Source: Candidatus Moanibacter sp. (GTDB taxonomy: Bacteria > Verrucomicrobiota > Verrucomicrobiia > Opitutales > UBA2987). From it: a stretch of 64,000 bases of DNA. Each line of letters starts with the position of its first letter. Within the stretch, counting starts at the first letter, position 1. Below are positions 9,285-20,045 of the stretch, in pieces. The position numbers and the translations under genes were made by a program. The stretch is from contig CBDCEW010000099.1 of the NCBI GenBank assembly GCA_965215885.1, positions 32,001 to 96,000 of the forward strand, written 5' to 3'. Below the pieces are notes generated by a model. That model searched no databases. It was not told the origin of the DNA and worked only from the letters and a program-made list of their open reading frames with translations.

Positions 9285-10641
9285 ATGGAAGATCTATTCT
9301 CACTCAGTCGCAGCTTTGGTCTACCAGCTTGACGAGGGGCGGCGGCGGCTATTGGGCGTTTCTGACAACCTCAAGCGCAACGGTTACACATCGAAGCTCT
9401 TCTGACAAAAAAGCGGGACTATCACCCGGCGAAGCTATCTGCAACTGTCTGGAGGCATACATCATCCGTGCTGGAGAAGCGGCAAAATTTCGGATCCAAT
9501 CTCTCGATTCTCATCGGAGCACGAGGGGTTGCGAAAAACGACCGCAATTAACTGGTTTCAGTTTATGTTGTCGAACTTTGAGCAGGATGCTTTAAGCGAG
9601 AAAATGCTCTACGTTCCGGTGGACCATTTCCTGGTAGGCCAACGTACGTTATACGAGATTACAGAAGATTTTGATCGCATTGGCGGACAACTCATCTGCT
9701 TTGATGAGATTCACAGATATTCAAACTGGTCTCGTGAACTGAAGAGTATTCATGATTCGTTCCCGAGGTTAAAAGTAATCGCATCGGGGAGTTCGGCACT
9801 TGAGGTACATCGGGGCAGCCACGATTTGACGCGTCGCGCGATCGTATACCACCTTCCTGGTCTGTCCTTTCGAGAGTTCCTTGAGCTCACGCTAAATCTG
9901 GACTTGCCGGTGCTTTCGATCGAAGATCTGGTACAGAATCATCGAGCGCTGTCGCATAGGGTCATTGAAACTGTAGAGGGAGTTGGCCATAGAATTCTTG
10001 CTCTTTTCTACCGATTTTTGAAAAGCGGTTATTATCCGCATTTTTTGGAGTTTGGTGATGACGAGACTCTTTACTTTATTACCCTTGAACAAGGGATACA
10101 TACGGCTATCGATAGTGACCTATTGACCGTGCATCCCACGCTGTCAGGCGCAAGCGTTCAGAAGATAAAGCGACTCTTGGCGTTTATCGCTCAATCAGTT
10201 CCCTTCAAGCCGGACATGGTGAAACTGAAGCGGCTCCTGGGAATCGGTGATGAGCGGACTTTGAAGACCTACTTGAAGTATCTGGAAGATGCAGCCATCA
10301 TCCGGTCTTTGTACAGTGAAGGCAAGAGTCTCGACTCTTTGAATAAGCCTGAGAAACTCTACCTAAATGACACGAATCTGGCCTATGCTTTGGGAAGGGA
10401 TAGGATTGATCCGGGCAATCAGCGAGAGACTTTTTTCTTCAGTGCGGTTTCGCCCGTGAGAACAGTTTCTTACGCTCGCGTTGGTGACTTCAGAATTGAC
10501 GACTTCGTCTTCGAAATTGGAGGGAAAAGCAAAAGTATGCAAGGGATTGAAGACATTGAACGCTCGTTCCTCGCCCTTGACGGTCTTGAAGTCGGTTACG
10601 GGCGGAAGATTCCACTCTGGCTTTTTGGTCTGCTCTACTAG
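9285..10641 (+). pseudogene. AAA_14/DUF4143-type ATP-binding protein with a disrupted 5' end
   Basis: ORF 9529-10641 has FDEIH, SGSS, GLSFREF, KLYLND, RETFF, FEIGG, IPLWLFG. ATG at 9285 (MEDLFSLSRSF). Walker A (GARGVGKTT) is split by a 1-bp insertion near 9532, and foreign fragments occupy 9317-9470. Confidence 0.8.
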
Positions 10642-10783
10642 CAGCCAGTTGGTCTTGTTCGAACTCTTTTCATTCCCGGCTTGCCGGGACTAGAGGAATC
10701 TGTCGGTCTTATCTGGGTCGGAACGTCGATTTGTCACTCCCGGCGTGCCGGGATTAGGAATTCTAAGTCCGACAGATTCCTAG
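10638..10783. repeat. Two adjacent family-B MITE-like elements
   Basis: CTAG-bounded half element at 10638-10693; element with IRs AGGAATCTGTCGG/CCGACAGATTCCT at 10694-10783. Confidence 0.7.
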
Positions 10784-10803
10784 CCTTAAGAATAAGTGAG
10801 GGA

Positions 10804-12069
10804 ATGATAGATATCAAATTTCTGCGGGAGAATCCGGAATCCGTAAGGGTTGCTATTCGAAAGAAGAAGTTCGAGTGCAATCTCGATGAAATTCTGGATA
10901 TGGACAGGAAACGACGGGCGGCTATCGCGGATACGGAGAAGCTTCGATCGGAACAGAAAGCGGCAAATGCCGAAATGGCCAACCTGGCGAAGGATTCGGA
11001 AACGTTTCGGCAAAAAGTGGAAGAGATGCGCGCCCTGTCCACCAAATTAAAAGCAGGTCAGGCGAAACTCCAGGAGATTGAGGCCACCTGGAGGGAGAAA
11101 TTCCTAACGATCCCAAATATTCCACACAATTCGGTGCCGGAAGGAGACGATGAGAAAGACAACGAAGTGGTGAGAACATGGGGAGAACCGGCTTCAGTCT
11201 CGACAACGGCGCTGGCCCATTACGATATTCCGGGATTTGAAAAACATGTCGATCTGAAATCGGGAACGAAAGTTACAGGATCGGGATTTCCGTATTTCGT
11301 CGGTGAAATGGCCCGTCTTGTTCGGTCACTCATTCAATTCTATCTCGATGAGGCAAACAAAGCGGGCTATCGCGAAATGATGACACCTTTGCTGGTTAAT
11401 GAGGCTAGTGCTACCGCGACAGGGCATCTTCCCGACAAAGAGGGGCAGATGTATGAGCTGGCCAACGAACGATTTTTCCTCATACCGACGGCGGAGGTGT
11501 CGATTACCAATTACCTCCGGGACGAAATCGTGGATCATTCCGCTTTGCCGATAAGCTTTTGTGGCTATACGCCCTGTTTTCGGCGTGAGGCGGGGAGTTA
11601 TGGGAAGGAAGTTCGCGGGCTTAACAGGACCCATCAATTCGACAAGGTCGAGCTGGTCAAGTGGGTTCATCCGGATTCCAGCTATGAAGAATTGGATGCA
11701 ATGTTAGGGCATGTCGAAGCCCTTTTACAGAAACTGGAGCTGCCCTACCGCCTGCTCTTAATGTGTAGCGGAGAAATCGGTTTTCCGCACGCCAAGCAGT
11801 TCGATATCGAAGTCTGGGCCGCGGGTCAGGGGCGTTGGCTGGAGGTATCCAGTTGCAGTAATTTTACCGACTTTCAAGCTCGACGTGCAAACACTCGATT
11901 TCGCAGTGAAGAGGGCAAGCTCCGGCATATGCATACTCTTAACGGATCGGCGCTGGCGATTCCGCGAGTCCTCGCCGCGATCCTGGAAAACAATATCGAG
12001 GGGGAGAACCGGATACGGATTCCGGAGTGCCTGACAGAGATCTTCGGGAAGGATACGTTGGAGCTTTGA
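10804..12069 (+). CDS. serS: Serine--tRNA ligase
   Basis: MIDIKFLRENPE start, LIPTAEV, FRREAGSYG, HQFDKVE, EVSSCSN, HTLNGS. Confidence 0.97.
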   Translation: MIDIKFLRENPESVRVAIRKKKFECNLDEILDMDRKRRAAIADTEKLRSEQKAANAEMANLAKDSETFRQKVEEMRALSTKLKAGQAKLQEIEATWREKFLTIPNIPHNSVPEGDDEKDNEVVRTWGEPASVSTTALAHYDIPGFEKHVDLKSGTKVTGSGFPYFVGEMARLVRSLIQFYLDEANKAGYREMMTPLLVNEASATATGHLPDKEGQMYELANERFFLIPTAEVSITNYLRDEIVDHSALPISFCGYTPCFRREAGSYGKEVRGLNRTHQFDKVELVKWVHPDSSYEELDAMLGHVEALLQKLELPYRLLLMCSGEIGFPHAKQFDIEVWAAGQGRWLEVSSCSNFTDFQARRANTRFRSEEGKLRHMHTLNGSALAIPRVLAAILENNIEGENRIRIPECLTEIFGKDTLEL

Positions 12070-13508
12070 AGGATTGGAAGGAAGGGGCGGAGCGTCTCAG
12101 CGAACTGCTTCCGCGGGAGAAGCTTCATTCGGAAGTATTGGCGGCAATAAAGAAGGCGAGGAAGGGCGATCCCTGGCTAATTGCCTGTTCCGGTGGCGCG
12201 GATTCCGTGTGTACGGTACTGTCGTTATATGCCCACTTTGTCGAGAAACGTGCGGATATGAGGGTGCTGCATTTTAATCACGATTTGCGGGGAGAAGCAT
12301 CGCAAAGAGATGAGGAATTTGTATCGGAAATGAGCCGGAGTCTGGGACTGGCATTTTCAAAAGGAAGATGGGAGAGGCGTGACAAGGAGAAGGTAAGCGA
12401 AGAAGCCGCGAGGAGGGCACGCTTTGCATTTTTCGATCGGGTGCGCGAGGAGAGCGGAGGCCGTCTCTTCTATTTCGGGCATCATAGAGATGATGTCGCG
12501 GAGACACTGCTGATGCGCCTTTCCCGGGGGAGCGGTAGTGCGGGTCTGGCGGCCCCGCGACCCGTTCAGTGTTTTCGGGATGGACGTCTTCATTTGCGAC
12601 CACTCATGGATTTGCGACACTCGGAGATTACGCAGGTATTGAGAGAATCTGACATACCATGGCGGGAAGACTCGTCGAATGGGGAAGACCACTTCTATCG
12701 CAATCGCATTCGGCATGCCGTGGTTTCGGCTTGGCAAAGAGTCTCGCCGCACGATGTCGTGCAAGGTGCCGCTCGAGCGAGAAGGCTGCTGGAAGAAGAT
12801 GATTCTGCTCTGGAAGAGTGGCTCGACACCAAAATCGCCCCGATCGAGTCGCTTGCAGCGTTGGACGTTGCACCTCTAGCGGGCAAGCCCGCAGCCCTTC
12901 ACCGGCGGGCTATACACCGGTTTCTGATAGCGAATTCCCTCGGTGAGGTGCTCTCGAGTGAGGCGGTGGAAGATCTCCTGGGAGCAATGATGGAGAGGCG
13001 ATCGTTCCGGACGAGCGCGGGAAGAAAGCGTTTCATCGCGCTTGAGAATGACCGACTGTTTATAATAGTTGACTCTGTTTCAACGGTATGGCCATCCCTC
13101 TCGATTATTCCTCCGGCGACTGTCTTTCTCCCCGACTCCGCCTCATTGAAAGCGTCTTGGATGGACGTGAATGAGAATGGCCGAAGGGAGGTAATGGGTG
13201 GACACGTGGACGAGAAGGTGAATGCGTTTCTAAATATTGAGCAAGAGAATGGCCGGGGGTTGGTAGTTCGGTGCTGGAAGCCGGGAGACCGCTATGAGCC
13301 TCTGGGAGCGCCTGGTTCTCAGAAGCTTCAAGATCTCTTCACGGATCGAAAGATCCCCCGTTTGGAACGAAAAAAGCTGCCTATTGTCTGTCTTCCAGAT
13401 GGCCGAATTATCTGGTGTCCGGGGCTGCCCCCTTTGGAAGCCTTGAAAATCCGGATAAATACGGAGCGAGCTCTAAGATTGACTTACTTCCCGCCTTCGA
13501 CAGGCTGA
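12066..13508 (+). CDS. tilS: tRNA(Ile)-lysidine synthetase
   Basis: SGGADS, HFNHDLR, GHHRDDVAET, RNRIRH, C-terminal TilS_C-like region. Start placed at the TTG overlapping the serS stop. Confidence 0.93.
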   Translation: MKDWKEGAERLSELLPREKLHSEVLAAIKKARKGDPWLIACSGGADSVCTVLSLYAHFVEKRADMRVLHFNHDLRGEASQRDEEFVSEMSRSLGLAFSKGRWERRDKEKVSEEAARRARFAFFDRVREESGGRLFYFGHHRDDVAETLLMRLSRGSGSAGLAAPRPVQCFRDGRLHLRPLMDLRHSEITQVLRESDIPWREDSSNGEDHFYRNRIRHAVVSAWQRVSPHDVVQGAARARRLLEEDDSALEEWLDTKIAPIESLAALDVAPLAGKPAALHRRAIHRFLIANSLGEVLSSEAVEDLLGAMMERRSFRTSAGRKRFIALENDRLFIIVDSVSTVWPSLSIIPPATVFLPDSASLKASWMDVNENGRREVMGGHVDEKVNAFLNIEQENGRGLVVRCWKPGDRYEPLGAPGSQKLQDLFTDRKIPRLERKKLPIVCLPDGRIIWCPGLPPLEALKIRINTERALRLTYFPPSTG

Positions 13509-13543
13509 GAAGAGCAAATATAGAGGCAATTTGAGAATTCTAC

Positions 13544-15550
13544 ATGTCTGAAGATCAACAGTCCGAACGAGATCAGAACCCTAATCGCGGCTCTAATTCA
13601 GATCGATTCAAGCCGATTCTGATCTGGCTAGTGGTTATTGGAGCCCTCTTCAGCCTCTACTTTTTCAGCGACCCGCGTCCCCGGACTAAGAACGTGTGGA
13701 CGATCAGGGACGTCATTAAGGCGGCCGAAGAGGGGCGCATTGCGAAAGGCAACATAAAGTCGGTCCCGACGGGGGGACCGGATTGGTGCGAGATCACGGT
13801 TACCTTGAAGGAGAGTACCCAGGGCCAGGAACAGATATATGTAGCGAAGGGTCGCCTTACAGAAGGAAACCTGGAACGATTGCAGAGTACTGGGTTGTTT
13901 CAAGAGAACCCTGCCAGCACACTCTTTACTGAGATTCTCGTCACCCTTCTGCCGTTTGTAATCATCATTGGAGTTTTGTACTTTCTGTTCGTGCGGCAGC
14001 TGCGCATGGCCGGGAGAGGGGCGATGAGTTTCGGAAAAAGCCGCGCCAAGATGCTGACGCGTGAGCGCGAGAAAGTGAATTTCAAAGACGTCGCGGGATG
14101 TGACGAAGCCAAGGAGGAAGTCGAAGAGATTGTCGAATTTCTCAAAGACCCAAAGAAATTCCAGAAGATCGGTGGGCGAATTCCAAAAGGTGTGCTGCTC
14201 GTCGGGTCTCCCGGTACGGGTAAGACTCTGTTGGCCAGAGCGGTGGCGGGCGAAGCCGACGTACCTTTCTTCAGTATCAGCGGTTCCGATTTTGTGGAGA
14301 TGTTCGTTGGAGTCGGGGCCGCTCGTGTCCGCGATATGTTTGAGCAGGGCCGGAAAAACGCTCCCTGTATCGTTTTTATCGATGAAATCGACGCTGTGGG
14401 GCGTTCTCGTGGCGCTGGACTGGGAGGCGGCAATGATGAGCGCGAGCAGACTCTGAATTCGCTCCTCGTGGAGATGGATGGTTTCGATTCGCACGAAGGA
14501 GTCATTATAGTGGCGGCGACCAATCGGCCCGATGTGCTCGATCATGCGCTGCTCAGACCGGGACGGTTCGACCGGGAGGTCGTGATCGATTTGCCGGATT
14601 TGATTGGGCGAGAGGAGATCCTGAAGGTGCATGCCAAGAAAATCCAGCTTTCGGCCAAAGCCGACTTGAATATCGCTGCGCGCAATACGCCGGGATTTTC
14701 CGGAGCCGATCTCGCTAACCTTTTGAATGAGGCCGCGCTACTCGCCGCGCGCTACGAAAAGAAGGAAGTCGAGATGAGTGATCTCGACGAGGCGCGAGAA
14801 AAAATTGCTTTCGGTCGTGAGCGGCGCCGTCTCATGGATGAAGAAGACAAGAAGCTCACGGCATTTCACGAAGCGGGCCACGCTTTGGTGGCGGCAATTA
14901 TTGACGACGACCACCTTCCGATCCACAAGGTTACCATAATCCCCCGCGGGCAGAGCCTGGGAAGCACGATGTTCATGCCCAAGAAGGATATCCTGAACCA
15001 TGCCAGAAAGCGGGTCCTGAATCAGATCTGTTGGGCGATGGGTGGCCGGGTTGCCGAAGAGATGAAGTTTGACGATATCACGAGCGGCGCCGCCGGTGAC
15101 ATAAAGATGGCCACCAAGCTGGCGCGGCATATGGTATGCGACTGGGGCATGAGCGACCTTGGTCCGGTCGCATTCGGGGAGAATCAGGACCACGTCTTCC
15201 TCGGAAAAGAGTTTTCGAGGACTCAGAATTACAGTGAGGATACGGCGCTCAAAATCGATTCCGCAATTCGAGAGATTATCGACGCGCAGTATGAGAGGGC
15301 CGTCCAGCTTGCGACCGAACGACGTGAAGAATTGGAGCTGATCGCTCAGGCACTTCTCGATTACGAAACGCTTGAGGGGAAGCATGTGCAGGAGATTTTG
15401 AAATACGGCGAGATTCGCTCACCCGTGATTCGAAATCTGCAACCGGAGCCGGAAAAAGAGGAAGAATCTGTCCAGGAAGGGAAGGGTGCCAAAGATGAAC
15501 GCACCCCCGAAGAACTGGGTCCTGGAACCGAGCCCGCGCTAGCCACCTAG
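13544..15550 (+). CDS. ftsH: ATP-dependent zinc metalloprotease FtsH
   Basis: Two TM segments, [30 protein letters not shown]. Confidence 0.98.
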   Translation: MSEDQQSERDQNPNRGSNSDRFKPILIWLVVIGALFSLYFFSDPRPRTKNVWTIRDVIKAAEEGRIAKGNIKSVPTGGPDWCEITVTLKESTQGQEQIYVAKGRLTEGNLERLQSTGLFQENPASTLFTEILVTLLPFVIIIGVLYFLFVRQLRMAGRGAMSFGKSRAKMLTREREKVNFKDVAGCDEAKEEVEEIVEFLKDPKKFQKIGGRIPKGVLLVGSPGTGKTLLARAVAGEADVPFFSISGSDFVEMFVGVGAARVRDMFEQGRKNAPCIVFIDEIDAVGRSRGAGLGGGNDEREQTLNSLLVEMDGFDSHEGVIIVAATNRPDVLDHALLRPGRFDREVVIDLPDLIGREEILKVHAKKIQLSAKADLNIAARNTPGFSGADLANLLNEAALLAARYEKKEVEMSDLDEAREKIAFGRERRRLMDEEDKKLTAFHEAGHALVAAIIDDDHLPIHKVTIIPRGQSLGSTMFMPKKDILNHARKRVLNQICWAMGGRVAEEMKFDDITSGAAGDIKMATKLARHMVCDWGMSDLGPVAFGENQDHVFLGKEFSRTQNYSEDTALKIDSAIREIIDAQYERAVQLATERREELELIAQALLDYETLEGKHVQEILKYGEIRSPVIRNLQPEPEKEEESVQEGKGAKDERTPEELGPGTEPALAT

Positions 15551-15583
15551 AAGCTTCCGGCTGAGAAGGAATCGAAGGAGGTT

Positions 15584-15870
15584 GCCCGCGGGTGCAGTAG
15601 CCATCCCACGGTTCCATACGGTGGACGATGGATGAAGGAGGGAAGCTCAACTGAGACTGTATTCGAGCTGGGGCTTGCAGTTGCCGGCAGGCACGGTGGG
15701 ATGGGGCGAAGCCCACGGTGGGAGAATATCCAGAAGAAAAGCCCACGGGTGCAGTAGCCATCCCACGGTTCCTCGCGGTGGACGATGGATGAAGGAGGGA
15801 AGCTCAGCTGAGACTGTATTCGAGCTGGGGACTGGTAGTATCCGGCAGGCACAGTGGGATGGGGCAAAGC
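15584..15870. repeat. Two direct copies of a ~130-bp hairpin-forming unit (period 157 bp)
   Basis: 15584-15712 matches 15741-15870; each copy has CCATCCCAC...GTGGGATGG inverted arms. Confidence 0.85.
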
Positions 15871-15877
15871 ATTTAAT

Positions 15878-15973
15878 TTGGTAATTCCCCGTCCCGGCAT
15901 GCCGGGACGGGGTCGCTGACTTTCTCAAGCATTATCGTGCGCGGAGCGCCCGACCCACCCGTAGCAAGGATGC
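15878..15973. repeat. Partial copy of family-C hairpin-ended element
   Basis: Near-identical to 35079-35168 except in the hairpin loop. Confidence 0.75.
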
Positions 15974-16247
15974 CCGCTAAAATACGCGAAAGTGGGATTT
16001 TCGCGGAGGACAGAAGGTTGGTGGCGGCGTAGTGCCGAATCACGAGAACGAGTGAGTCTGTGCCATGCCACCGTTACGCACCTCGGGTGATGGACAAAGG
16101 TGAAAAGCCGGACGAAGTATAGGAATTTATAGGGGAGAAATATGGTGAGTTTGGGAGAGAATTGGTGAATTTGCTGTATTATGAGAAAGGGTTTTGCGGA
16201 CGAATTTCTCAGTGAATGCTCAATCATCAAGAATTGGAGGAACAGAG

Positions 16248-16400
16248 ATGACAAAGGATGAGATTAATGCCTACATATTGAGATCCCTTCTCGACAAGCC
16301 GCTGCAGAAACTGATTACCGACTTGAAAGAGGAGAACGCGGAAGCAGCCCTACTGGAACTGATTGAGATCGGATTACATCTCCGGCACTTCTCCCCTTGA
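16248..16400 (+). CDS. Small hypothetical protein (50 aa), possibly truncated
   Basis: GGAGG ribosome-binding site upstream of the ATG; helical composition; the stop abuts a repeat element. Confidence 0.4.
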   Translation: MTKDEINAYILRSLLDKPLQKLITDLKEENAEAALLELIEIGLHLRHFSP

Positions 16401-16500
16401 TAGGGTGCCGACGGTCGGACTTTCCGATCAGAATTTCCCGTTTTCATTCCCGGCGAGCCGGGAATGAAAAGAGTTCAATAAAGTCCCACAGACTGCCAAG
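16401..16500. repeat. Family-B element with an internal 30-bp hairpin
   Basis: Ends GTCGGACTTT...AAAGTCCCAC; internal TTTTCATTCCCGGC-GA-GCCGGGAATGAAAA. Confidence 0.65.
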
Positions 16501-16552
16501 CGAGTTGATGACAGGGGTTGCCATGTAGAAGTGGTAGGTTTTTGATTCCTGG

Positions 16553-18082
16553 ATGAGTGGGCCGAAATGCGTGGAGATTGAGGCAACTCCTGATGCTTGG
16601 GAGCAGCGGCGACTGTTGAGGTCATGTGCGATCCTGCGAAGTCGATTTGAGCGTATTTTCAAGCTGCGGCGCCAGAAGCTGGAGAAACTGATGGCGCTCC
16701 GTGGAGAAACATCGTCGGCGCATTCAGTAGGACCTGAACAGGTGTTAGGCCGATTGGAATCTCTTCTCGACCGGAATGATACGCTGGAGGAGGCCGAAGA
16801 CTATATCAAAGGTCAGGTCGAGTGGATTGAACGGGAAGTAATTTCCGTAGAGAGTGAACTGCAGGGCGCGTTCGGGGCGGCGCATTCGGAGATTGCCCGT
16901 TATCGGGAATCGCGAAATCGAATCGAGGCGCTGGTTAACGGAAAACTGGTGGAACTTCATGCCCTTGGGTCGGATCTTCTGTCGGAGGAAGAGAGAAATA
17001 CACTGGAGAATCGTTTCCGGGAGGGATTGAAGTCGCTGGGCTGGCCACAAGATCCCATTGAGGAAAACGATTTTACTGGCTGGAAGGAGAAGAGCGAGCG
17101 GGCCGATGCGCTTTCCAAACTCGAAGGAGAGTTAGCGCGTCTTTGGTCCGAATTGGCTGATGGGGTTGCGAGAGACGATTCGAACGTGGCGGAACCTGCC
17201 CTGGAGCTAGGGAAGGCTAAAGCCGAATCAATCGAGAGTTTCTTGAAGGAGCACCCGGTAGAGAGGGTGAAAAGGGAATCTGCACACGATTGGGAGAAAC
17301 AGATTGGCGAGCTCTTTTCCAATATCGCGGCGAGAGGCGGGGAATCAGTTTTGGATGAGTTGATGCATGAAGCTGATAAAATCGGCCGGGAAGATGATAG
17401 CACTCGAGCGCGAATGCTCTATGAGAATCTGGTAATGGAAGCGAGCGCGAAACTGCGAGACTTGAAAGCGTTGAGGAAATTTGAGGAGAGACTGGGAGAA
17501 CTATGTGATTCGATGGAACATCTGCGAGGACGCCGGTCTGTTGAGGAGTTGGTCAATGAAATTGAGACGCTAACACAGCTCAAACGGCCGACATCCCTGG
17601 AGGAACTGGAAGTTCGGATCCAGGAAACGATAGAAAAAGAAGAAGCCGCTCAGGAAAGAGAGAGAAAGAGATATGCGATTCTTGAGTCGATTTTGGCTTT
17701 GGGCTACGAACCGCGAGAGGGATTGAAGACCGGGTTGGTGGAAGGCGGAAAATTGATTGTACGGAAGGCAGATGAAGAAGAGTATGGAGTAGAGATTGTG
17801 CTGAACGATGATTTGAGCAAAATACAGACGGCGATGGTGCGATTTGCAGAATCTGCTGAAATGACTCGGCAGCAGCGATTGAGAGATGTTGAAAGGGAGA
17901 CAGAGTGGTGCGAAGACCACGCTGACTTTCTCGGTAATCTTGAAGAGCGAGGATTCGAACCATCATTTCTGATGAAACTCGAACCGGGGGCGCATCCAGT
18001 CAAAGTTGTGGTTGAAGGGGAGGAAGGGAAGCAGAAGAGACGTGAAGATGAAGTACTTCGGAATAGGCAACTTCAGGAATGA
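16553..18082 (+). CDS. Long coiled-coil hypothetical protein
   Basis: 509 aa, E/R/L-rich heptads, MSGPK N-terminus, globular-looking C-terminus (LGYE...YGVEI...EWCEDH); ATGA overlap with the next gene. Confidence 0.8.
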   Translation: MSGPKCVEIEATPDAWEQRRLLRSCAILRSRFERIFKLRRQKLEKLMALRGETSSAHSVGPEQVLGRLESLLDRNDTLEEAEDYIKGQVEWIEREVISVESELQGAFGAAHSEIARYRESRNRIEALVNGKLVELHALGSDLLSEEERNTLENRFREGLKSLGWPQDPIEENDFTGWKEKSERADALSKLEGELARLWSELADGVARDDSNVAEPALELGKAKAESIESFLKEHPVERVKRESAHDWEKQIGELFSNIAARGGESVLDELMHEADKIGREDDSTRARMLYENLVMEASAKLRDLKALRKFEERLGELCDSMEHLRGRRSVEELVNEIETLTQLKRPTSLEELEVRIQETIEKEEAAQERERKRYAILESILALGYEPREGLKTGLVEGGKLIVRKADEEEYGVEIVLNDDLSKIQTAMVRFAESAEMTRQQRLRDVERETEWCEDHADFLGNLEERGFEPSFLMKLEPGAHPVKVVVEGEEGKQKRREDEVLRNRQLQE

Positions 18083-19959
18083 CGAGCAAGGAATTTGAAC
18101 AGAATGCAGCCACTCCGCGTTGGGTAAAGGATCTCTTCCGCTTCCTAAACGTAAAGGCACAGTTTATCCTCTCCGGTAATATTCGTGACCGGTGCTCTTT
18201 TCCTCTCGAAGGAGGAGGCGCACTTCCCCTCGAACTGCCCTCCTATCTCTCAGAGATTCTCAAATTGAGAGGTTACGATCGTTTTATTGTATTCGATAGT
18301 GTCGACGGGTTCTCTCCCATGGTACCTCGTGGTGAACAGGCGGAGAACACACACAAGTATTTTCAGGAGACTTTTTCACTGGAGTTCGACGAGCGCGGTC
18401 GGCTGGCATGTTCTCTGGAGAGGTCGCTAGAAGTTATCGAAGCTATTGTCGGTGAGCGAAATTCCCTGATTGGGATTCTAATAGATTATGCTTCGCGTTT
18501 GACAGTAAGGCAGGGAAATCTCTCAGAGTCGGAACATGAGTATTTCGCGCGTGTGCTCAAGTTGTCCCAGACGGCGCTACCCCATCCCACGGACAGGGTA
18601 AAGGAGGCGTTGTTCAACACGATATTCTGGTTGTGCGATCGCGAGAATGATTTGCCGGACTGGTTATCCCTCGATAATCCGAGAGTGCGGCAGCTGATTG
18701 TTCCGAGACCCGATCACATTGTAAGGCGAACTCTCATTACCAGTTTGAGCGCCTCTCTATCCGGATACGAAGATTGCACTTCGGAGCAAAAAGAAGTGTG
18801 CACGGATGACTTTGTGGATCAGACGGAAGGCATGATGTTATCCGAAGTTGTGGCAATCACACAGATGTGTAGAAGCGAGAATCTGCTTTTCAGTGAGGTG
18901 GGGGAAGCGGTGCGGCGCTACAAGCTCGGAGTTACGGAGGATCCATGGAAGAAGATTGATCGGAGAAAGATTGAAGACGGCGCGGAGTTCGTTGGGCGGA
19001 GAGTGAAAGGGCAGATTCAGGCGGTTACCAAATCGATGGATATCATTAAGCGTGCAGTCACAGGACTCTCCGGATCGCAGGCATCCAAGAAAGGCGGCCG
19101 GCCCCGAGGAGTGCTCTTTCTGGCAGGGCCGACAGGGGTAGGCAAGACGGAGTTGGCGAAGTCTCTCACAGAACTGCTTTTTGGTGATGAGACTGCCTAC
19201 ATACGCTTTGATATGAGCGAATTTTCAGCGGAGCACGCTGATCAACGTTTACTCGGAGCCCCTCCCGGATATGTCGGGTATGACGCGGGTGGCGAACTGA
19301 CCAATGCTATAAGGGAGAAGCCTTTTGCAGTGGTCCTCTTTGACGAAATTGAAAAGGCGCACCCGCGAATTCTGGACAAATTTCTCCAACTGCTCGACGA
19401 TGGAGTACTTACTTCAGGTCGGGGAGAGCGGGTCTACTTTTCGGAGGCGGTGATCATCTTTACTTCTAATCTGGGAATTTACAAAACCGATCCCGGTGGA
19501 CTTCGCACACCCAACGTGACGTCGGAGGATTCCTATGAAGCAGTGGCGGAGAAAATACGCGATGAGATTAATCGCTACTTTACGAGCGAACTCAACCGCC
19601 CCGAGATCCTCAACCGTATCGGTGAGAATATCGTAGTTTTCGATTTTATTCGGACGGAGGTAGCCGATCTCATATTCGAGAAAATGCTGAATAGCATTCT
19701 TGAACGCGTATTGGATGAGCAGAAAATGACGGTCGAAATACCCTCTCGATTTCTTAAAGAACTAAAAGCGCGATGTGTAGAAGATCTTTCCCATGGCGGT
19801 CGTGGAATAGGGAACCAGCTGGAAGCCTGGTTTATCAATCCCTTGGCCCGCACGCTTTTCGAAATGGAAGCCAGGGATGATTCGAAGGTCGAGGTAACAG
19901 AGTTTGGAGTGCGTGAGAATATTCCTTATCTCGCTCTAGCAGCCTGTCGGACTTTGTAA
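18079..19959 (+). CDS. ClpA/ClpB-like AAA+ ATPase (intact D2 ring, degenerate N-terminal ATPase-like domain)
   Basis: GPTGVGKTE, RFDMSEF, GAPPGYVGY, VVLFDEIEKAHP, TSN, RPEILNRI. Confidence 0.9.
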   Translation: MTSKEFEQNAATPRWVKDLFRFLNVKAQFILSGNIRDRCSFPLEGGGALPLELPSYLSEILKLRGYDRFIVFDSVDGFSPMVPRGEQAENTHKYFQETFSLEFDERGRLACSLERSLEVIEAIVGERNSLIGILIDYASRLTVRQGNLSESEHEYFARVLKLSQTALPHPTDRVKEALFNTIFWLCDRENDLPDWLSLDNPRVRQLIVPRPDHIVRRTLITSLSASLSGYEDCTSEQKEVCTDDFVDQTEGMMLSEVVAITQMCRSENLLFSEVGEAVRRYKLGVTEDPWKKIDRRKIEDGAEFVGRRVKGQIQAVTKSMDIIKRAVTGLSGSQASKKGGRPRGVLFLAGPTGVGKTELAKSLTELLFGDETAYIRFDMSEFSAEHADQRLLGAPPGYVGYDAGGELTNAIREKPFAVVLFDEIEKAHPRILDKFLQLLDDGVLTSGRGERVYFSEAVIIFTSNLGIYKTDPGGLRTPNVTSEDSYEAVAEKIRDEINRYFTSELNRPEILNRIGENIVVFDFIRTEVADLIFEKMLNSILERVLDEQKMTVEIPSRFLKELKARCVEDLSHGGRGIGNQLEAWFINPLARTLFEMEARDDSKVEVTEFGVRENIPYLALAACRTL

Positions 19960-20012
19960 TTCTTTCTAAAAGATCTCTCAAATTCATTCCGATCCCGGCT
20001 CGCCGGGACTAG
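19936..20012. repeat. CTAG-flanked family-B half element overlapping the ATPase 3' end
   Basis: CTAGCAGCCTGTCGGACTT...TCCCGGCTCGCCGGGACTAG; same layout as 10638-10693. Confidence 0.7.
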
Positions 20013-20045
20013 AAGCAAGAAAATGAAACCGAACTAAAAATACCG

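Noticed and set aside
10681..10803. N-terminal extensions of serS (also 48602-48742, 52506-52625, 22373-22402)
   Set aside because: They translate repeat or IS-end DNA; family-typical starts lie downstream.
13628..14632. 334-aa antisense ORF (and similar ones over ABC genes, fumC and transposases)
   Set aside because: Shadow frames of well-supported genes on the opposite strand.
15584..15870. CRISPR array or DGR TR/VR pair
   Set aside because: Only two long units with no repeat-spacer pattern. Differences are not adenine-specific, and no cas or reverse transcriptase gene is in the window.
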